A stretch of 55,155 nucleotides of DNA, filler included, from Sphacelaria rigidula (lineage: Eukaryota): NCBI GenBank assembly GCA_964200075.2. It is 5 parts of 5 records of this genome, joined end to end, with 100 filler letters (N's around TTAATTAATTAA, not from the genome) between each part and the next. Parts side by side here need not be neighbours in the genome. Positions count along the whole stretch, not along the records: positions 44,206 to 55,155 come from CAXNAA020005634.1; 4 more parts are not named here. One strand, 5' to 3'. Of the stretch, positions 48,189-55,155 are shown one piece after another. The notes below the pieces were generated by a model. The model did not search any database. It was not told where the DNA came from and saw only the letters and a list, made by a program, of their open reading frames with translations. The position numbers and the translations under genes were made by a program. How positions within the stretch are numbered: the stretch's first letter is position 1; every line of letters starts with the position of its first letter.

Positions 48189-49849
48189 TATTATCTTTGT
48201 TTGTCTCGGCGTCATGGTCATATATCATGCAACACACTTTCCCCCCCTTGTTTTTTCATTTTCTCTTCATTCAGCGAATGCTCGAGTCGGGCTGCTTCGG
48301 AAACTTGATAAATTGTGGCGTGAAGAGCAAATGCGGGATTTACTGCTGGCCCCGCTCGTACCCTCCACACAGCGGCAATTGGCGTCAGCCCTTTGATATA
48401 ACTTGACCGACAAACTGGGATACTGGAGCAGCACACCAAGTCAAGGGACGTGGGCGTGGAACGTGATCGCCAAACTTCTTCCACTGGTTTCGAAAATATT
48501 CGACAGGTAAAGAAGCGATGTCCAAACATCCAAACATCACCTTCGTCACCAGCAGGAGCAGTATTACGGCCACGGTGCACGCCATGCTCCAACACTTCGG
48601 TGTGCTACTGCAGTGTGTCGGAGCGCTACAGATGGGAGCAGATTACTCTAACTAGCGCTGTGCGGGGGGAGTCGTGGGCTGCAAGGATGTTGGCCATGAC
48701 ACACCGGCATACCGTTTCTCGAGGGTACCCTGCTTGTTCACCTCAAATCAGAAATGTAGTTGTTCATTAACTAGCCGGCGATCCTCAAAAATAGGAACGA
48801 GCTTCCTCTATGGAAACAGACTTAGCACCCTTTTAGTGTGTATAAAACCTGAACTTAGCACCCTTTTAATGTGCTTTGGTCAAACGTTTGGTCAAATGCA
48901 TGTATAGGTTTAATATCGAGTACAAGTTCGACCTCAGTTCGTTCCCATAGGAGAGTCCCGTTCCCATTTTTCAGGATCGCCTCGTAGACCGACTTTTATG
49001 GCATTCATCGATCTCGATTTTCAAGCAGATCGGATGACCAAAAATCGGGGAACGTATTTTGTCGACCTCGATCTGGGCCAAATCGGGGGAGAAAAATCCG
49101 GGTGTCACGATTTCAGAACGCGTGTCCCCGGAAAATCGAGGGAAAGCTGAGGTCGCCTCCATTTTGAGGGAGGTGACGTACGTACATTGACGTACGATGG
49201 TAGGGTAAGAGGCGATTGATATTTTTGCAACCGCAGAAGAAAACTCTCGTGACAGCGTAGGGCGTGCGTGCCAGCGCCAGCTGCTGAAGCAGCTTCGCAC
49301 GGGGTGGGGTCTGACAAGCGGATAATAAGTAATAGTGACGCCGTACTCCGCGACGATGGTAACATTTTGTGTTGCAGTGCGCCGCCAAATGTATCACCGT
49401 AACAAACGGTACTCTCTGTTGTTGCACGTGTGGGGTGATATGTGCCATCATGGACTACCGCACGGCATTATCATCATGTACCGTAATGCCAAATGCCCTG
49501 CACTGTATTGCCCTCGGGTACCACGGTACGACATTGTAATGTACCCGGAAAGATTATTCACCGCTACCTGCTCCTGGGCCTCGCGAGCACGCGATACCAC
49601 TCATGCAGGAAATGACCGGGTACAGGATATTTCACAAATCCGTGATGCTGTACCATAAAACGATCCCCACGGATCCAAGTTTCGCAAAAGTGAGTGCCCC
49701 TGATTTTGAAGAATTCAGCGTCTCCACAGAAGCGATTTTCGTTCTCATAGGAACCGGTTTTTGCTACAGATTTGCCAACTGCACGTGAGCAAAGAGTAAG
49801 GCAGGAAAGCACATACACCGTACTCCACAAAGGAATCACAGCACAGCCA

Positions 49850-50495
49850 TCAGGCACTTCCTCTCAGCATCCTGATGGTAGGAGGCTGCTCCGAGGGCAT
49901 CGGCTATTCGTCGTCGAAACACGGGTCACTGTTGAGGCTCTCACTGACCGCCTATTTTTTGCAGGTCTTCATCTCCAATCTTCTCTAAAATATACATTTG
50001 TTGTCAACTTCTCCCCACGACAAATTGGCACAAAAAATGCTAGATTTTCGCAGAGACCTTCAGTCTGTCTCGAGTTGATCCATTGCCTGAGATGGTGAAG
50101 GAATCTGCTTCCGCATGTTGCGGAGAAATCATTTCTTTGAAATATTAGGAGTTTCGGGGGTGAAGCAGGGCCCTGGTCTTCCATTATCCCTCGGCATCAA
50201 AATCATTGTTAGCCATGTGATTCATCACGGTTGCCATGCAGTGAAGGTGGTCGACCATGGCCGATCAAATTGCTATGCGCTCTACATTGGATTGCAGGTG
50301 TATACCATGTAGACCATTCTCAAACTCCATACTCCTAACCGTCGTGTGTCTAGCAAGATGTGTTCGGCCATATTCTTCCTCAAGCATGCCTGATCCAGCT
50401 TGAGAATCAGGGGCATCCCTTATCACATTTTCTAGGAAATAATTTGGCTGTGAATGTTTCCATTTCTCGAATACATCTTTCTCGGACAGAACTTC
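49850..50495 (-). pseudogene. Decayed reading frame, unknown product
   Basis: EVLSEKDVFEKWKHSQPNYFLENVIRDAPDSQAGSGMLEEEYGRTHLARH..*..MVDHLHCMATVMNHMANNDFDAEG*WKTRALLHP..; single frame with scattered stops. Confidence 0.3.
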
Positions 50496-51969
50496 CTATC
50501 AGATATACAGTGATACAGTGGGGAATAGTCATGTTCCAAAACAACCAGATATTATGTCGTGTAAACGCACTCCTTTCCAGCACAAGAACCGTTCGAAACT
50601 CTAGAGGTGGGCATCGTTGAAAACAGAACTAGTTATAACCGGTTTGTGGAAACTCGAGTAGGCGTTTACCGGTTACAGTTCTGAAAAATATATGTAGATG
50701 GAGGGATAGATGGATACACACATGGATATATACAGATATATAGATAAGAGGGATATATATTTTCCCAGCGGTGAACCCGCTTAACCGAAAGATGAGACGT
50801 TATTCCGGGGGTCAAGACGGTGTATCCGGTTCAATCGCGGCCAGGCACAGTTGATTCGACTCCCACCAGTGTGATCTTTCGCAAAGAGGAGTCAAGTGCG
50901 GGTGTTCGAGTGACAACCCCACACAGAGTAATGTAAGACTGGGCGCTTCTTATACAAACTGGGCGTGAATTTTCGTTACTCTCAAGATCTGATTTAGTTT
51001 CCTCACGCAGAGTACTGTCATCATGTTGGTCTGTGGCGTCTAGCGTGAGTTTTCCGTTGTCGGCTGTTTTGTTGTTTTGGGATACGTGTTACATGCAAAG
51101 TTTATGGAAAATATTATTACCCCTATTCCTCCCTTCAATATTTGGCATTGGGGTGCAGGGGTGGTCGGGGTGTGCACACTATACCTCACGCCGGAGATTA
51201 TTGGTATGGACAAGAATAGTCTTCCGGGCTAATTCGTCGTAGATTTGTCCGAGCCACCTTCAAATTTCAGCACCTGTTCAAGTTATCACCAACCCCATTT
51301 CCTATCAAGCATTGAAACTGGTGTGACTCGCTCCTGTGCTGTACGTTCGACACGTGTTGCACGGGTGCGAAGGTGTGAGATTGAACCTTGCCGTCACAGG
51401 GAATGAATATGCTCGAGCGCATCAATCACGCATCACACACGACACACACGACACACACGACAAAAGCGCCCAATCTACCTGCGCTTTAATGATTTGGGGA
51501 CGTTTTTCCTCACTTATCTGGTGGAAGAAAGTTATCTGTGAACCGGTTAAATTAACTGAAAAAAAACGAACGCTTGATCTTCTTTTATTCCGGGAATACC
51601 GCCCCCCTACCCGGTGACCGCGTGTTTTTTCTTTTTTGGGGGGGGGAGCTGCAGGTGCCCATCTCCACCAAACACAGCACAACACACACATTCACACCCG
51701 TCGATGACTTGAAAAGATGGAAGGCAATGGAAATGCCCCGCAACTTCGTACTACAGGTTACACCAAACGTGAGCACGTCGCCTTCGATAAGGAATCAAGC
51801 CGAAGTGCGCTACACAAAGTGTGCCTATATTGAACACTTGTTTTCGATGTACCATGATCCATTTCCGTTGCTGTCGAGGTGTGGCATTTCTCAATCCTAG
51901 TATTGCCTTTGCCGGCGCTGAGGTTGGACAAAAATAACTAACTCAAGAGTACCCTGGATAGACTGGAAA

Positions 51970-52136
51970 CATGACACATGACCTTCATATGAACGACCTC
52001 ATCATCCCTCCCGACCCCCCTAAAACTATTTCAGGGGATTTCTAGCCTTCCGTTCCCCCAAAGAGTATGTGCGAAGGCACGATTTTTGGGCCAAAAAGCG
52101 TGTCCTTTTTTCACCCCGAGATCGAGCCAAAAGTGT
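51970..52136. mobile_element. Truncated copy of the family C core
   Basis: Matches 52354-52517 (GAGTATGTGCGAAGGCACGATTTTTGGGCCAAAAAGCGTGTCCTTT). Confidence 0.85.
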
Positions 52137-52840
52137 GCTGCGTTCCCTCCCTGTTTCTTGGTTACCACCAAAGGATCACACTTCACCTAACCTCCAAAAA
52201 AACTCCATAAAGCGTGACCTCTTCCCGCCGCCAGCTCTGAAAGTGTCATTTTATCACCACCAGGATTAGTCATCTGGGTCTCGTGTTCATTCTTTCAAGG
52301 TTGAAAAAAATATGAGGTTCAACTCAAAAGCCGTGCTTTCCCTGACCTAAATTCATGACAAATGACGTTCATATGGACGACCCCCCCCCCGCCAAAAAAA
52401 AGAACTATATAGGGGGTTTTCCGGCTTTCCGTTCCCCCCACAGGGCATGTGCGAAAGCACGATTTTGGGGCCAAAAAGCGTGTCCTTTCTTCACCCCGAA
52501 ATCGAGCCAAAAGTGTGTTTTCGCACATACTCTTTGAGGAACGGAAGGCTAGAAATCCCCCAAAATAATTCTAGGGCGGTCGGGAGGGATGAGGTCGTCC
52601 ATATGCAAGTCATTTGTCATGAATTTAGGTCAGGGAAAGCACGGCTTTCGAGTTGAACCTCTTATCTTTTTTCAACCTTGAAGGAATGAATACGAGACCC
52701 AGATTACTTATCCTGGTGTTCAGAAGATAACATTTTCAGAGCTGGCGGCGGGAAGAGGTCACGCTCTATGGAGGTTTTTCGGAGGTTGGGAGAAGTGTGA
52801 TCCTTCGGTGGGACCCAAAGACAAAGGTAATGAACGCAGC
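52137..52840. mobile_element. ~700-bp fold-back element, family C core with longer outer arms
   Basis: GCTGCGTTC../..GAACGCAGC ends; AGCGTGACCTCTTCCCGCCGCCAGCTCTGAAA inverted at ~52734-52765; inner core shared with 47562-47986. Confidence 0.92.
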
Positions 52841-53519
52841 CGGGGGCGGAGGGGGGGAAGAAATTGCAGTGTACTCTCCTGTCCTGCGTGTTCTGGTTGT
52901 GCTCCGTCCATCTCAACAACTTTGCTTCATAAAGTTGTGCCTAAAGCGTAAGATGACAGGCGCGCCCTGGGGGGAACACGTGCTCTGTCCGTCGTTTGGT
53001 CAAGTTGAAATTAAGTAATTTCATGAAATCATGCCGAAGCAACAGGTGACCCAAGTTGGGGGCGACACGTTCTCGATTTCCCCCAAAGAAACGAAGCTGA
53101 GGCTCCATCTCAGTGGGTGGATGCTGCAGGGACGGCACGGTGCACATGGCGGTACCGATAGACTCGAACCCAACAAAGAAACGAGTGTCACATAGTCGGT
53201 ATGGTGTTGTCTGTTTCCGAACATGCCACACTCTCAAACTTGGCCTCTCCGTGCTGCTGGGTACACAAAGCGGCAACTCTTTTTGTCTTGATAATTTAAA
53301 GGGGTATACATACACGACTGGAAGCAAGCGAGCATAAAATTTTGAGCTTCGATATTTCAAATACAAGAGAGCACGCTCGTCCATTCTCGAGCTGGCAGTG
53401 GAAGGTCACGCAGACGAAGACGACGTCGCCCAGGTGATGAGAGTGAGGGAAGGTTGAAGTTTGCTGTGTGTTGTACTGCGGACTTCGAAACCATCACGGT
53501 TAGGACGAGTTATCACGAC

Positions 53520-53690
53520 TACCAATAACCAAATCCACCATTTCTTCGGCCTGATTGCCCAAAAGGGAGAAAAAGTTGAACGCTGGTCCAAGGGGTATCC
53601 ACGCAACTTTTGCGCCATTCCACGTGTCTGGGTTGCGTGTACCTGGGTTGCAACGCTGAAAACGAAGCCCAGGGAATGAACCGTACGATT
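53520..53690 (-). repeat. Dispersed repeat, second copy
   Basis: See 25785-25985. Confidence 0.8.
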
Positions 53691-55078
53691 CGACGAAATG
53701 ATATTACAACCAGGTAATTTCCAGACGAATAATTATTTGTCCGACAATTGGAAACCATACTGTCTGTACTGACTGTTGTTGAACACGCGTTTGCAGGCTC
53801 AGAACTTTCGGAAATGGGCAAGTGCAGTCATGTCATGACTAGCGAGGTAATTATCTCACCTTTTTTGGTATTATGATGGCCGCTGATCTTAGTGTCGCCT
53901 TTCCCCACACGCTATTTTACAAGAGGCGAACGGAGAGATGTCAGTGGTGGTTGTGGGAACGGGTGGTCTGCCTGGCGTCCTGTGTATCCTCGACAATTGT
54001 GCCACGCGTAGCGCTGTCATTTTCGCTATTGTACTGATTTTCGAACGAACTTCGAACGCACGCCTCCGTATTGTTTTGAAAATGAGACGGACCCCGCAAC
54101 GGATCTGTTGTTCAGAAAGCGAACGGTTTACCCGTTGAACCAGTGAGCGCTCACTAGTTGAATTGGTAAACTGTTCGCTTCCTGAACAGTCTTGGACAAA
54201 AGACAGACCACAAACCAATCAAGCTCGAAGCATACACATTACTCCGACATCCGAGGAACCTTCCACGTGGCTAGAAGTTTCCTATGGACAGGACCCGTGG
54301 GCTCGTTGGTGTTGGCCAGACAATTTCTAACGGTGATTGGAACATGACATTATGGCTTGTACAGATATCACATTTCAAATTTCGTTGAATCTCGACACAC
54401 GTCACATCTCTGACCTGTTTTGAAAGGGGGTTTTCATCACTGGAACTTGTGCTGTCCTGGGGTGAATTAAGCTAAATAACACTTACATAAAAAATGCTGT
54501 GTATCAAGTGTTCTTGTGCTTTGTCCACTTCTTTGGATCCGTTGGGTCTTGTTTATAGAGAGTGTTGAACAACGTGACACTAAATCGAGCACAGCACCGA
54601 ACTACGGCTGTGGTGTATGTCCAGAAGGACAGGTAAAGGCTGTCAAGGAGGACAGCAAAGTCAAGGCGCGGGAAAGAATGTGAGGGTAAGGGATTCGAAT
54701 CAGTTCCCCAGCTGGAAGAGCTGCAAAGGTGAGGACGACCGAAGCTCCCGAAGCTTCTCCTTGGGGTACTGATCCAGGGAGTGGCGAGGAGTTGCAAGGA
54801 GTTACACCCGCACGCTGTCAGTCGTACATTCCTTGATGTTTCGCGTGCGAACAAGACGTGGGAATATGAACTAGGATACTAGCTGGGCCAGCCTAAAAAC
54901 GGATTTAAGCTCTAAAAGCAATATCTCATCGACACAGATGAGTTGAGCCGTGATCCGGATATCGTATTAATCGTCTAACCAGGGGGAAGGTGCCCGTCTG
55001 CTCGAAAGTTTGGGCACATATTTTCCCGTTGATTAAACCCCATGTATGTCTAGTAATCCCTATACCTAACGGATATGG

Positions 55079-55155
55079 TTTTATTATTATTATTATTTCC
55101 GCACATTAGTCCGATCTCGCGAACCCGTGGTCACAGACGTGAGCTCGCCTTTCCA
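55079..55155 (-). repeat. (TAA)n tract, possibly the 3' tail of a retroelement running off the contig
   Basis: TTATTATTATTATTATT followed by unique sequence up to the window end. Confidence 0.35.

Overview
Eukaryotic, intron-rich, repeat-dense DNA, most consistent with a brown alga (Phaeophyceae). That assignment is an inference from gene architecture and from the copia, RTE, ankyrin and NB-ARC family styles. The window is not one locus: four identical 100-nt linkers (N44-TTAATTAATTAA-N44) join five segments of 10952, 10951, 10951, 10951 and 10950 nt, i.e. unrelated contigs concatenated in descending size order, so nothing should be linked across them. Contig 1 (1-10952) holds two cytochrome P450 exons among minisatellites, SINEs and MITEs. 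Contig 2 (11053-22003) holds a deleted Ty1/copia pol fragment, a dead RTE-type LINE and two long decayed intronless reading frames. Contig 3 (22104-33054) holds a multi-exon EngB/YihA(YsxC)-family GTPase gene on the minus strand and a copia gag relic. Contig 4 (33155-44105) holds the 3' exons of an ankyrin-repeat gene on the minus strand. Contig 5 (44206-55155) holds the 5' part of an NLR-like NB-ARC (STAND) gene whose N-terminal helical domain resembles MLKL/RPW8/HeLo-type four-helix bundles; this is the most interesting biology here. Many long fold-back elements, a tRNA-headed (CA)n-tailed SINE family, a ~310-bp dispersed repeat and a MITE with a visible empty site are scattered throughout. 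All calls are by eye; no database searches were run.
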